Part shown: one piece after another, positions 27,576 to 37,709 of the stretch | Layout of the letters: each line of letters opens with the position of its first letter | Position numbering within the stretch: the stretch's first letter is position 1 | Assembly: GCA_041946805.1 (NCBI GenBank) | Contig: JBHGBC010000032.1 | Span: 1 to 43,945, forward strand | Length of the DNA stretch: 43,945 bases | Reading direction: 5' to 3' | DNA from: a bacterium | GTDB lineage: Bacteria; Hinthialibacterota; Hinthialibacteria; Hinthialibacterales; Hinthialibacteraceae | Notes under the pieces: model-generated | Told to the model about the DNA's origin: nothing | The model's database searches: none | What the model saw: only the letters and a program-made list of their open reading frames with translations | Translations under genes and position numbers: made by a program

Positions 27576-29259
27576 AGCGCTCGCCTGTTACCCGGTGGCG
27601 CTTCATCCCACGGAGCATCTGGGCAGCGGGCCGGCCGGGGACAAGGGCACCAATCTTTGGAATCTCTGGTGGGTGTATTATGCCCTTTTCGAACGGCATA
27701 GTTCACCCCTGCATTGCGATCTGATCTTCATCCCCTGGGGATGTGACCTTCGGTATCATACCTTATCCCTGGCCAATGGCCTTTTGGCTGCTCCCCTGAC
27801 GGGGGGGGCCGGGCCTTCGGTGGCGTACAACGTCTTGTTTTGTCTCTGGACAATCCTGACCGGCGTCTTCGCCGCGATGTGGGCGCGGTGTTTCGGGATC
27901 AACCGGCCCCTTGCCATTCTGCTGGGCATGCTAGCCGCCTTCAGTCCCTACCGCTGGGCGCACCAAATCCATTTGAACCTGTTTTCCACCCCCTGGCTGT
28001 TTCTGTTTTTTTATTGTCTCGAAAAACGATTCCAAGGCCGGGAGACGGCCGGTTCGGAGAGTCCCGCGATATGGATTCATGAGGCGGGCCTGATTCTCGC
28101 CTGGCCGCTGGCGTTGTTTTCGGATTGGTATTACGGCCTCTATGCGGGGATCTACCTGATAGTCCGGTTAGCGGTTTTTGGGTATGGTCCAGGCCGGGAG
28201 ACATGGCGTTGGGGAATCCGGACCGTCTTGCCGCCCATAATGGCCGTGGGATTGTTATCGGCCGCCTACTTTTATCAACCGAACGCGGCTTCCTACGAAA
28301 CCCAGTTTGTCGATTCCGTGCCCATGATGTATTCCGCCTATTGGTCTCTCGACCTGCTGCACCTAGTGCTTCCCATCTGGATGATTCCCTGGATTACTCA
28401 TGTGCAGTACGCCGATGAGTTCATGTTTCACCCGGGGATTCTGTACCTGGTATTCCCCTGGTTGTGGTTCGGTTGCCGGCCGCCGGACGCGGGTCTCCGG
28501 TGGCGCGTGGGATTTCTCGTTTTATTAAGCTTGCTTTTTTTAGGATCATCCTTGGGGCCGATCCTTGTCTTTCGCAGTCAACCCTTGTCCTGTTTGGGGA
28601 TTCCCCTGTTTTTACCGGCCGCCTTGTTGGAATGGATTCCCCTGTTGACGGTCATCCGCGTCTTCAGCCGGTTCGCTTATATCGGTTTCATCGCCCTATC
28701 CCTGCTGGGACTCATGGGATTGGAGCGATGGATTCATATGCGGGGATACCGGATACCCTGGGTTCTTGTATGCTTGGGACTAGGGATCCTGTTCGTGCTC
28801 GAAACCCGCTGGCAGCCCCCGCGCATGGTTCCCTACACGGTTCCGGAAGGGATCCGCCAGCCGGAGATCAAGCCGTATCTCGAATTGCCCTTTACCCCCT
28901 CGGTCACCAGCGGACGGCATCTGTATCATCAAACCGTGCATCACCAGCCGGTCTTCGTGGCGGAATTCTCCCGCCTCGGTTCCTACCGGCAAAAATACGA
29001 AGCCGCGTTTCCCGTCTTGGGTATGTTGGACCGCATGGCCCGGGGACTCGAAACCCCCGGTGCAACGAGTTTCGACCTGGATACGTTTTGCGCCGAGTTG
29101 AAACGGCTGGGACCGGTGCGCTTCGTTCTGGCGCCCGAAGCCGGCGGGGAAGAGCGAATCCGGATTTTGCGGAGTTTCCATCAAATCCTCGAACAATGCC
29201 ATACGCTGGTCAATTACGAGGGGCCGGACCTGAAATCCCAGGAGAAAGAAAACCGTTGA
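27469..29259 (+). CDS. GT-C-type polytopic membrane protein (YfhO-like)
   Basis: GDxxxNLWNLWW; IFxPxG; AFSPYR...HLNL; RVFSRF; LELP...YHQTVH. Start uncertain (27469 or 27547). Confidence 0.7.
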   Translation: MENASEIKITHAPAPGWNRWGRSDSVVFLLIFTGITALACYPVALHPTEHLGSGPAGDKGTNLWNLWWVYYALFERHSSPLHCDLIFIPWGCDLRYHTLSLANGLLAAPLTGGAGPSVAYNVLFCLWTILTGVFAAMWARCFGINRPLAILLGMLAAFSPYRWAHQIHLNLFSTPWLFLFFYCLEKRFQGRETAGSESPAIWIHEAGLILAWPLALFSDWYYGLYAGIYLIVRLAVFGYGPGRETWRWGIRTVLPPIMAVGLLSAAYFYQPNAASYETQFVDSVPMMYSAYWSLDLLHLVLPIWMIPWITHVQYADEFMFHPGILYLVFPWLWFGCRPPDAGLRWRVGFLVLLSLLFLGSSLGPILVFRSQPLSCLGIPLFLPAALLEWIPLLTVIRVFSRFAYIGFIALSLLGLMGLERWIHMRGYRIPWVLVCLGLGILFVLETRWQPPRMVPYTVPEGIRQPEIKPYLELPFTPSVTSGRHLYHQTVHHQPVFVAEFSRLGSYRQKYEAAFPVLGMLDRMARGLETPGATSFDLDTFCAELKRLGPVRFVLAPEAGGEERIRILRSFHQILEQCHTLVNYEGPDLKSQEKENR

Positions 29260-29288
29260 AACAGGCCCAGGCGGGATGGGTCTTTTGC

Positions 29289-29316
29289 TTGACACACTGG
29301 TTAATTGATTTACTAT
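29289..29316 (+). promoter_or_regulatory. Sigma-70 promoter for ftsH
   Basis: TTGACA-N16-TACTAT. Confidence 0.55.
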
Positions 29317-29455
29317 TATAGGTTATCAAAGAATCAGATACAATAAAAAGGGCGTCCGCGCCGCATGCCATCATCACCCGGTCCACGGGAGTGTCGCGCG
29401 ATGATTTTTTACATAAAACCAGGGGTTACAGGCCCTCCCAAGGGGATTCTCGAAA

Positions 29456-31438
29456 TTGTTTAACAAAACAGTTATTTTCTACGGTTTACTGCTCATTATC
29501 ATTATCTTGGTTGTGAGTGGGATCCAGACCGAGCAGGCTTCGACTTTTACACTCGATCAGTTCTATGGAATCCTGGACGGGGAGATCATCGACAAGCAAC
29601 TCAGCACGGCGGTGATTTCCGCGTCCAAAATCGAGGGCGAGTACATCGACCTCAACGCTCCTCAGACCAAGAAGGCCTATGAGGTCACGCTGGCGTCCGA
29701 ACAGCTGACTCCGGACGTAGTCAAAAAGTGCGGGGATTATAAAAAGAAGAATCCCGCCTTCTCCTTCAAGGGGCAGTCCGACAGCAATTGGATGTTCAGC
29801 GTCATGACCAGCCTGTTGCCCATTCTATTGCTGATCGGCGTATGGTTTTTCATTCTCCGCCAGATGCAGATCGGGGGCAGCAAGGCCATGTCCTTCGGGA
29901 AAAGCCGCGCCCGCCTGAGCAGCGAGAACCAGCAGAAAGTCACGTTCGACGATGTGGCCGGTTGTGACGAGGCCAAGGAAGAACTCCGGGAGATCGTCGA
30001 GTTCCTGAAGGACCCCAAAAAATTCCAAAAACTGGGCGGCAAGATCCCCCACGGGGTTCTGCTGCATGGCTCGCCGGGAACCGGTAAGACGCTTTTGGCC
30101 CGGGCCGTGGCCGGCGAGGCCAACGTGCCTTTTTTCAGCATCAGCGGTTCCGACTTCGTGGAGATGTTCGTCGGCGTGGGAGCCTCCCGGGTCCGGGATC
30201 TGTTCGAACAAGGTAAAAAACATTCACCCTGCATCATTTTCATGGACGAAATCGACGCCGTGGGCCGCCAGCGGTTCGCCGGGGTGGGCGGCGGCCACGA
30301 TGAGCGCGAACAGACTCTCAACCAACTGCTGGTGGAGATGGACGGCTTCAACACCAACGAAGAGGTGATCCTCATCGCCGCCACCAACCGGCCGGACGTC
30401 CTCGATCCCGCCCTGCTGCGGCCGGGGCGCTTCGACCGTCAGATCGTCATCGATCTGCCCGACCTGAACGGCCGCAAGGGCATCATCGCCGTCCACACCC
30501 GCAACGTGGTGCTGGCCAAGAATGTTGACTTCGACATCCTCGCCCGGCGCACCCCCGGCTTCTCGGGCGCGGACATCCACAGCATGGTCAACGAAGCCGC
30601 CCTGCTGGCCGCCCGCCGCAACAAGGACGTGGTGGACATGCAGGACTTCGAAGACGCCATCGAGCGTGTCACCGCCGGGCCGGAGCGCAAAAGCCGCGCC
30701 ATCTCCGACCGCGAGAAACGCATCGTGGCCTATCACGAAGCCGGCCACGCGGTGGTTGGCTGGTTCCTGGACGAAATCGATCCCGTGCACAAGGTGTCGA
30801 TCCTGCCCCGCGGCCGTGCGTTGGGATACACGATGCACCTGCCGATAGAGGACCGTTACCTGACCACCAAGAAGGAACTGCAGGCCCGCATGACCACCCT
30901 GCTGGGTGGACGCGTGGCGGAAGACATCATCTTCGGGGATGTCACCACCGGCGCGCAGAATGATCTGGAGCGTGTAACCGATATCGCCCATAAAATGATC
31001 TGCAATTTCGGCATGAGCGAAAAACTGGGGCCGTTGACCTTCGGACTCAACGAAAATCAGGTTTTCCTGGGCCGGGACTTCTACAAGGACCGCGAATACA
31101 GCGAGGAAATTCAGTTCGAGATCGATAAGGAAATCCGGCAATTGGTGGATGAATGTTATCACCGCGCCAAGAGTATCCTGGAAACGAACCACGACATTCT
31201 CGACGGCCTGGCCCAGGCCCTCCTCGAACGGGAAGTGCTCTCCGCCGAAGCGGTGAAGGAACTGGTCAGCCGCATCGAAGACGCCCGGAAAGAAAAAGCC
31301 GAGTCCCAAGAACTCACGCCGGAAATCCTGGAGCCGGCCGGGAACGATGTTCCTGTAAATTCCGGGGAAACAGCTTCCGGGGCAGTTTCTCCCGGCGAAG
31401 CGGGGGAACGGGAACAACCCGTTGGTGAATCCTTGTAG
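29456..31438 (+). CDS. ftsH: ATP-dependent zinc metalloprotease FtsH
   Basis: Two TM helices; [55 protein letters not shown]. Confidence 0.98.
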   Translation: MFNKTVIFYGLLLIIIILVVSGIQTEQASTFTLDQFYGILDGEIIDKQLSTAVISASKIEGEYIDLNAPQTKKAYEVTLASEQLTPDVVKKCGDYKKKNPAFSFKGQSDSNWMFSVMTSLLPILLLIGVWFFILRQMQIGGSKAMSFGKSRARLSSENQQKVTFDDVAGCDEAKEELREIVEFLKDPKKFQKLGGKIPHGVLLHGSPGTGKTLLARAVAGEANVPFFSISGSDFVEMFVGVGASRVRDLFEQGKKHSPCIIFMDEIDAVGRQRFAGVGGGHDEREQTLNQLLVEMDGFNTNEEVILIAATNRPDVLDPALLRPGRFDRQIVIDLPDLNGRKGIIAVHTRNVVLAKNVDFDILARRTPGFSGADIHSMVNEAALLAARRNKDVVDMQDFEDAIERVTAGPERKSRAISDREKRIVAYHEAGHAVVGWFLDEIDPVHKVSILPRGRALGYTMHLPIEDRYLTTKKELQARMTTLLGGRVAEDIIFGDVTTGAQNDLERVTDIAHKMICNFGMSEKLGPLTFGLNENQVFLGRDFYKDREYSEEIQFEIDKEIRQLVDECYHRAKSILETNHDILDGLAQALLEREVLSAEAVKELVSRIEDARKEKAESQELTPEILEPAGNDVPVNSGETASGAVSPGEAGEREQPVGESL

Positions 31439-31518
31439 CCGGTGGGGCCATGGCTTCCCCCCGCGCGTTGGATCCCTGACGATCCGGCAAAAAGTGAAAA
31501 TGCAACTGAAATGGTCTA

Positions 31519-31610
31519 TATATTGTGGTGCAGGCATCCTGCCTGCTGCCATATGTTGCGCAGACATGATGTCTACACCACTATGAGGAGACTTTTTGCC
31601 GTTCCGTCAT
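31519..31610 (+). repeat. 92-bp REPIN-like doublet
   Basis: GGTGCAGGCATCCTGCCTGC facing an inverted GCAGACATGATGTCTACACC; colinear homolog at 35281-35372. Confidence 0.75.
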
Positions 31611-31765
31611 CCCTGACCGGATTCCGGGATTTTTTACGATTCTAGTGGGAGAGAGCCACTCCCGGCGGTTTCCGGCCGCGGGGCTATCCGCTTCCGCCGC
31701 CGCGACAAACCGGCCGGCGCCGTGACCCCCGTATTACGCGATCGTCATTTCGAGAGACCAACCGC

Positions 31766-32620
31766 ATGGAAAAGACTCCCCAGTGGCGGTGCCGCCATAC
31801 GTCCCTCGTCTGGGGACACCGGACGCTGCTCATGGGGGTGGTCAACGTAACCCCCGATTCGTTCAGCGATGGCGGCCTCTATTTCGAACCGGGCCGGGCC
31901 ATCGCCCAGGCCTACCGCTTGCAGGAAGAGGGAGCCGATCTGCTCGACGTGGGGGGCGCTTCCTCGCGGCCGGGGGCGGATCCGGTGCCGGTGGAGGAAG
32001 AATTACGCCGCGTGTCGCCGGTGGTGGAGGAAGTGGCGGGCCGGGGCGGGTGCGTGGTTTCGGTGGATACCGTATCGTATGAAGTGGCCGCCCGTTGCCT
32101 CGAGGCCGGGGCGTCCGTTCTGAACGATATCAGCGGGCTGCAACGGGAACCCCGGCTGGCCCGGCTGGCCGCGGAATCGGGCGCGGGACTCATTATAATG
32201 CACATGCGGGGTGACCCGCGCACCATGCAATCGTTAACAGAATACGCCGATCTGGAGGGCGAGATCCGCCGCTTTTTCGCACGGCAGGCGGCGTTCGCCC
32301 ACTCCGAGGGGATTCAGGAAGATCAGCTGGTTCTCGATCCGGGCATCGGCTTCAGCAAGACCGCCGGACAGAATCTGTACTTGCTGAAACACCTGGGCCG
32401 GATCCGGCTCGGCGGATACCCGCTTCTGCTGGGCGTATCGCGGAAATCATTTATTGGAAAAATCACGGGGACGGAAGCCGGCGAGCGGTTGATGGGAACC
32501 GCGGGCGCCGTGGCCGCCGCCGTTCTGAATGGGGCCGACATCGTGCGGGTGCATGACATCAAGTCCCTGCGGGATGTCGTGGCCGTGGCGGACGCGGTCC
32601 GGCGGGCGGCTCTCCCCTGA
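31766..32620 (+). CDS. folP: Dihydropteroate synthase
   Basis: MGVVNVTPDSFSDGG; SVDT; MHMRG; LDPGIGF; GVSRKSF; VRVHD. Confidence 0.97.
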   Translation: MEKTPQWRCRHTSLVWGHRTLLMGVVNVTPDSFSDGGLYFEPGRAIAQAYRLQEEGADLLDVGGASSRPGADPVPVEEELRRVSPVVEEVAGRGGCVVSVDTVSYEVAARCLEAGASVLNDISGLQREPRLARLAAESGAGLIIMHMRGDPRTMQSLTEYADLEGEIRRFFARQAAFAHSEGIQEDQLVLDPGIGFSKTAGQNLYLLKHLGRIRLGGYPLLLGVSRKSFIGKITGTEAGERLMGTAGAVAAAVLNGADIVRVHDIKSLRDVVAVADAVRRAALP

Positions 32621-32641
32621 CTGAGGCCGGGAGGTTGGACC

Positions 32642-33415
32642 ATCAACTCGTTTTGGATTCGAACGTTTGGACAGGACGCGCCGCACACGCTCGCGGAAAT
32701 TTTGATCCTGTGGGCGCTTTTTTATGCTGTGTTCAAAGCCGTCCAGGGAACACGGGCGGTTCAGGTCATTCAATTTCTGGTCCTGCTGATCGTGCTGTCC
32801 TACCTCAGCAAATTGTTGAACCTGATCACGGTGAACTGGGTGTTGACCACGGCGCAAATGCCCATCTTCGTGGGCCTGGTGGTGCTTTATGCCTCTGAAT
32901 TGCGCCGGGCGGTCTCCGAACTCACCCGCGCGCGGTTTTTTCGCCGCCGCGGCGGCACGATCGATCCGGTGGTCAACGAAGTGACTCAAACCGCCCAGGT
33001 GCTTTCCCGCCGCCACATCGGCGCGTTGATCGTGTTCGAAATGTCGACCAACCTGCAGGGATTCATCGACACCGGCATCAAGATGGACAGCCAGGTGACC
33101 TCCGAACTGCTGGTGACCCTCTTTTCCCCGTTGACTCCCTTGCATGACGGGGCGGTCATTATCCGCAACAACCGCATCGCCGCCGCCGCCTGCCTCCTGC
33201 CTCTCAGCGAGCGGGAAGAAATCGACTCCAGCTGGGGTACCCGCCACCGCGCGGCCTTGGGGTTGGTGGAAGAGACCGATGCCGTCATCGTCATCGTGTC
33301 CGAGGAAACCGGCGCGATTTCCCTGGCGATCGGCGGCCGCATCACCCGGGACCTCGACGCTTCCAAGTTCCAATCCATCTTGTGGAATGTGATCCGGAAA
33401 GGAAGCCGTTCATGA
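32642..33415 (+). CDS. cdaA: Membrane diadenylate cyclase
   Basis: N-terminal TM helices; GTRA; ELRR; LHDGA and GTRHRAA catalytic motifs; VSEETG. Start placed at ATC 32642 behind GGAGGT; first canonical start is TTG 32702. Confidence 0.92.
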   Translation: MNSFWIRTFGQDAPHTLAEILILWALFYAVFKAVQGTRAVQVIQFLVLLIVLSYLSKLLNLITVNWVLTTAQMPIFVGLVVLYASELRRAVSELTRARFFRRRGGTIDPVVNEVTQTAQVLSRRHIGALIVFEMSTNLQGFIDTGIKMDSQVTSELLVTLFSPLTPLHDGAVIIRNNRIAAAACLLPLSEREEIDSSWGTRHRAALGLVEETDAVIVIVSEETGAISLAIGGRITRDLDASKFQSILWNVIRKGSRS

Positions 33416-34197
33416 TCCGCTGGAAATCCAACGATGCCGGAGTGCTGTTCTTGTCGGTTCTTCTAGCGGTGGGTCTTGTGTGGATCAAGGGGCAGGAACG
33501 CATCGACCGCCGCACGCTGAACGGCATTCCCATCAGTCTCGAAAATATGCCCGACAACCTGGTCCTCCCCGATACCTGGGTTACACCCAACACCGTGGTC
33601 ACCGTGCAGGGGCCCCGGAATACCATCGACCTGATCCGCCAGTCGCAGTCGGGTTTTTATGTGGACATGTCCAAGATCGCCTTGTCCGAGGGCGAAACGC
33701 CCGCGAGTGTCATCCTGACCGGCGAAATGTTTCTCACCAACATGGTTGACGAGAGCGACCGGAGCCGCATTTCCGTTGTGGAAGAGAGCATCGTGCCCCG
33801 CCAGCTCTCCTTCTATCTTATCCCGTGGGACATCACGCAGCCTCAGCCCTCCTACGAGAATCTCGAGGCGGGCGCCAACCAACTGGCGGTCCCCCTGCTG
33901 CGCATCGAGAAGAACGTGCAGGTGACCATCCCCCTCCAGGGCGACCCCCCGGGTGTCCTCAAACTCAACCGGGTGAAAATCGAGCCGCCGGAAATCACTA
34001 TCACCGGACCGCGCCAGGCGGTGGATAAAATCAAATCCGTGTCGACCCCGCTGCTCGACCTGGAATTCATCTCATTGGATAATCCCTTGTACCTCATGCC
34101 GCTGCCGGACCTCGAGCACGAATTCGGCGTCCGGCCGGTTGAGAAATCCATCCGGGGTGTTACAGTGACACTTATCTTGACGAAAAAGGGAAGTTAG
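33412..34197 (+). CDS. cdaR: CdaR/YbbR-like regulator
   Basis: ATGA overlap with cdaA; single N-terminal TM; YbbR-like repeats (VTVQGP; P.EITITGP..AVDKI..VST). Confidence 0.75.
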   Translation: MIRWKSNDAGVLFLSVLLAVGLVWIKGQERIDRRTLNGIPISLENMPDNLVLPDTWVTPNTVVTVQGPRNTIDLIRQSQSGFYVDMSKIALSEGETPASVILTGEMFLTNMVDESDRSRISVVEESIVPRQLSFYLIPWDITQPQPSYENLEAGANQLAVPLLRIEKNVQVTIPLQGDPPGVLKLNRVKIEPPEITITGPRQAVDKIKSVSTPLLDLEFISLDNPLYLMPLPDLEHEFGVRPVEKSIRGVTVTLILTKKGS

Positions 34198-34201
34198 ACC
34201 G

Positions 34202-34939
34202 ATGCCGCCCCAATTGTCCGTGAACATCGATCACGTGGCCACCTTGCGGCAGTCCCGGCGGACGCCGTATCCCGATCCGGTGGACATCGCCGTGCTGGCC
34301 CAGCTGGGTGGAACCGATGGCATTACCGTCCACCCGCGGGAAGACCGGCGGCATATCCAGGACCGGGACGTCCGGTTGTTGAAAGATATTCTCCAGGTCC
34401 CCCTGACCCTGGAAATGGCGTTGACCCGCCCCATGGTCGATTTCGCTCTGCAAATCCAACCCTTTGCCTGCACCCTGGTTCCGGAAGCGCGGGAGGAACA
34501 GACTACGGAAAGCGGCCTGCGTGTCGCGGGACGGGAAAAGGAACTCGAACCGGGCATCCGGCGGCTGCTGGACGCCGGCATCCGTGTCAGCATCTTCATC
34601 GACGCCGTGGAGGAGCACATCGCGGCGGCCTGTTCGCTGGGCGCGCAATTTGTCGAGATACACACCGGCCCTTACGCCCTGGCCTCCACTCCGGAAGACC
34701 GGGAGCGGGAACTGAAAATCGTGGCCCGGGCCGCTGAATTCGCCCAGGAACAAGGCCTCGGGGTTAACGCCGGTCATGGCCTGCATTACCGCAACACCAA
34801 GCCGGTCGCCGCCTTGTCGCCGATCCAATGGATCCACACCGGCCACAGCATCGTCTCCCACGCCCTGCTGGTGGGGATGGAACGGGCGGTCCGGGAAATG
34901 CAGGAAATCCTCCGGCAATCACGCGAGGATCTCCGCTAG
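34202..34939 (+). CDS. pdxJ: Pyridoxine 5'-phosphate synthase
   Basis: LSVNIDHVATLR; TVHPREDRRHI; EIHTG; NAGHGL; GHSIV. Confidence 0.96.
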   Translation: MPPQLSVNIDHVATLRQSRRTPYPDPVDIAVLAQLGGTDGITVHPREDRRHIQDRDVRLLKDILQVPLTLEMALTRPMVDFALQIQPFACTLVPEAREEQTTESGLRVAGREKELEPGIRRLLDAGIRVSIFIDAVEEHIAAACSLGAQFVEIHTGPYALASTPEDRERELKIVARAAEFAQEQGLGVNAGHGLHYRNTKPVAALSPIQWIHTGHSIVSHALLVGMERAVREMQEILRQSREDLR

Positions 34940-35034
34940 ATCCCTGCGCGCCCATGGCTTTCCACCCCGGTGGATTGACATAAAGTCCCTTGGTTCTGTT
35001 GAGATTTCGTGTCCAATGAATAGTTATATTTTGC

Positions 35035-35230
35035 GCGCCTAAAGCGCGATCTGAGCATAGCCCAGGTCGTAAGCCTTGGAATAGCAGCGAAGAATGTAAT
35101 TTATTCCCTCTCCCCCTGGGAGAGGGCTAGGGTGAGGGTTTTTAGACAGGACGGACTTTGGCGTCAGCCCTCATCCCGGCGTGAATGGAATCGATTTTAC
35201 CTCATTAGGTACGCACTTACCGGATGATCC
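35035..35230 (+). mobile_element. Composite repeat ending in a MITE right TIR
   Basis: Bipartite hairpin, G-rich palindrome (35106-35138), REP-like hairpin, then GTACGCACTTACCGGATGATCC. No left TIR found. Confidence 0.65.
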
Positions 35231-35280
35231 TTATTTTCTGACGTAGCGGCAAATAGCGTAAATAATACTGTGATGTTCCA

Positions 35281-35372
35281 TATATTGTGGTGCAGGCATC
35301 TTGCCTGCTACCATAATTAGTTCAGACAAGATGTCTGCGCCACCATCAGGTGACTTTTTACCGCTCCGTCAT
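35281..35372 (+). repeat. 92-bp REPIN-like doublet
   Basis: Colinear homolog of 31519-31610. Confidence 0.75.
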
Positions 35373-35486
35373 ACTCTGATTCGACTACATTATCATCGAT
35401 TACTGAACTATTTACTTTTGATAAAACTCATCCGAACCTGACGCATTATCGATTTAGATTCTTTTCGAGAACCATTCCTGCTTGCT

Positions 35487-36167
35487 ATGCGCCCGAATTC
35501 CCTGGTCATGCCCTCATTGTTGTCGGCCCCTTACACCCATCTGGAGCGTTCCATCCGCGAGCTCGAGGAAGCGGGGGCGCGCCTGTTTCATTACGATGTG
35601 ATGGACGGCCATTTCGTTCCCAACCTGTCCGGCGGGCCGAATATCATCAAAAGCCTGGAAGCTGTCATCCACAGCCGGTTCGATGTCCACCTGATGGTCT
35701 CCAATCCGGGACGTGTGATTCCCTGGTTCGATTTTCCCGCGGTCCGCAGCATCACGATCCATATCGAAACCGAAGAAGATCTGTTCCGGAATTTCGCCGA
35801 GATCCGCCTCCGGGGAAAACGGGTGGGAGTCGCGATCAATCCCGCCACGCCGGCCGCGGCCTTGGATCCTGTTTTGGGGGCGGTGGATCAAATTCTGGTC
35901 ATGACCGTCCATCCCGGCCAGGGCGGGCAGGAACTGATCGTGGATACCTTGGCCAAGGCGCGGGCGTTGGCCCGCCGGCGGGATGAGAGGGGCTATCGCT
36001 ACACGATCCAGGCCGATGGGGGGATCCGGGAAGAGAATATCCACGTAGTCCACGCGGCCGGCGCGGAGGAACTGGTAGCCGGTGCGGCGATTTTCGAGAA
36101 TCCCGGCCCCGCCGGGGCATACCGGCGGCTGGAGCGGATTGTCCAAGGGCGATCGGTATCCCGTTAA
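35487..36167 (+). CDS. rpe: Ribulose-phosphate 3-epimerase
   Basis: PSLLSA; HYDVMDGHFVPN; DVHLM; MTVHPGxGGQ; DGGI; VAGAAIF. Confidence 0.95.
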   Translation: MRPNSLVMPSLLSAPYTHLERSIRELEEAGARLFHYDVMDGHFVPNLSGGPNIIKSLEAVIHSRFDVHLMVSNPGRVIPWFDFPAVRSITIHIETEEDLFRNFAEIRLRGKRVGVAINPATPAAALDPVLGAVDQILVMTVHPGQGGQELIVDTLAKARALARRRDERGYRYTIQADGGIREENIHVVHAAGAEELVAGAAIFENPGPAGAYRRLERIVQGRSVSR

Positions 36168-36334
36168 CTTGATGTTTCCGCCTGCGGCGGCTCATACGGA
36201 AGAGGCTGGTTATATTGTGTTTTCAACAGGTATGAGATATTGAAATGCGGGAGGGCCTCGTCGGTGCCAATGGCGCTTCAAACCTGACCCGGAACATCAG
36301 CCCTGCGATATGGCCGGGACCAATATAACCAATT

Positions 36335-36367
36335 CCCTCTCCCTCTGGGAGAAGGCCAGGGTGAGGG
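36335..36367 (+). repeat. G-rich palindrome repeat
   Basis: CCCTCTCCCTCTGGGAGAAGGCCAGGGTGAGGG. Confidence 0.75.
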
Positions 36368-36486
36368 AAGTCCTGAAAGCGCGCCATATTGGCGTTTCTC
36401 GCAATCGATGGACCCGTACCTTTTGTGTAATTTGATCAACGTTGGAAAAAATCCACAAAACCTGGCAATGTCATCATCGTAGATAT

Positions 36487-36502
36487 TGTGATGAATATCA
36501 AA
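36487..36502. promoter_or_regulatory. CRP/FNR-like palindrome upstream of the pilin-like gene
   Basis: TGTGA-TGAATA-TCAAA (9/10 match to TGTGA-N6-TCACA) inside a longer imperfect palindrome. Confidence 0.3.
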
Positions 36503-36599
36503 TATCTATAAGCATTTAAACTAGCCCAGGGCTTTAGCCCTGGGACGGCCTCAACAGAACCTAGGAAATCATCACAACCGGACTGGCATGGAGGTGGAT

Positions 36600-37145
36600 A
36601 TGCAACGGAGTTTCACCTTGATCGAATTGCTAATCGTGGTGGCGATCATCGGCATCCTGGCCGCCATCGCCGTGCCGAATTTTTTAAATGCCCAGATCCG
36701 CGCCAAGGTCAGCCGCGTCTATTCGGACATGCGCTCGTTGTCCAACGCCATTGAAATGTACCGCATCGACAACAACGCCGTCCCCTATCCCATCCTGCCC
36801 GAAGGGAACACCGACTGGTATATGCGGCAAGTGCGGATGACCACTCCCATCGCCTACATGGCCAGCCTGCCCCTGGATCCCTTCTTTCTGCAACAACGCC
36901 GCATCGACACGGCCAACCATGACCGCAAGGGCGTTTACGATTATGTCGGGAAAGTCTACGCGGGACCGGTATGGGGATTCGCGGTGGGGAGCCTGGCCGA
37001 GCACGCCGACTATTTCATCCGCAGCCCCGGGCCGGACGGCGGCAGCTCACCCACTCCGTGGACCAGCGGCAGTGTGTATGATACGAGCAACGGCCTGGTC
37101 ACCGCGGGAGATATTTTCTACGTGAATTTCCGCCCCAGCCGATGA
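36600..37145 (+). CDS. Type IV pilin / T2SS pseudopilin (GspG-like) protein
   Basis: RBS GGAGGT; class III signal QRS|FTLIELLIVVAIIGILAAIAVP; Y.IDN...YP; DPF; SPGPDG; GDI. Confidence 0.85.
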   Translation: MQRSFTLIELLIVVAIIGILAAIAVPNFLNAQIRAKVSRVYSDMRSLSNAIEMYRIDNNAVPYPILPEGNTDWYMRQVRMTTPIAYMASLPLDPFFLQQRRIDTANHDRKGVYDYVGKVYAGPVWGFAVGSLAEHADYFIRSPGPDGGSSPTPWTSGSVYDTSNGLVTAGDIFYVNFRPSR

Positions 37146-37241
37146 CGGCGCGCGGCGGCGTGACTTGCGCCCGCGATGGGTATGTTTCACTCCATTATTT
37201 TGTATAATATTTACATTCCATAACATAAACTGTATAAAAAA

Positions 37242-37452
37242 GGTTCATCCGGTAAGGGCGTACTTTGTATCAAACATGTCGGGCCGCTCTTTCATCGGGC
37301 TGGCTGGGGAGATCAACCTCCTAATCCCCTCTCCCTCTGGGAGAGGGCTGGGGTGAGGGGATTTTGGTTGGGGCGGACCTGGGTGTCCGCCCGGATTAGC
37401 GAGTGGATGAAAGGCCTTTTGCACTCGCAGGTACGCACTGGCCGGATGAACC
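37242..37452. mobile_element. MITE, 211 bp, with perfect 8-bp target-site duplication
   Basis: TIRs GGTTCATCCGGTAAGGGCGTAC / GTACGCACTGGCCGGATGAACC; ATAAAAAA on both sides. Confidence 0.85.
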
Positions 37453-37545
37453 ATAAAAAAATTCCATTATGACTTTTTACCCGGCTATACATCTTTCTCA
37501 GTACTCGATTCGCATTATGAGGATTGATGGGAACATTTAACAATC

Positions 37546-37709
37546 CCCTCTCCCACTGGGAGAGGGCCAGGGTGAGGGAAAGCTTTTTTGCGATGTTGTA
37601 CCTCTAATTATTGCGTATATCCTTTTGCTTCTTGGTAAAAGGAGTCCCCTTCCGGGGACGACTTTGCAGCCGCCCAGGGTTTCAACCCGGGGCCTTTCAA
37701 CCCGGGGCC
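37546..37709 (+). repeat. G-rich palindrome plus bipartite hairpin with a 15-bp tandem duplication
   Basis: G-rich copy at 37546-37578; AGTCCCCTTCCGGGGAC...GCCCAGGGTTTCAACCCGGGGC; TTTCAACCCGGGGCC twice. Confidence 0.7.

Noticed and set aside
36600..37145. Conductive e-pilin linked to the cytochromes
   Set aside because: It is a 181-aa pilin with a globular head, not a short Geobacter-type pilin, and lies 28 kb from the island.
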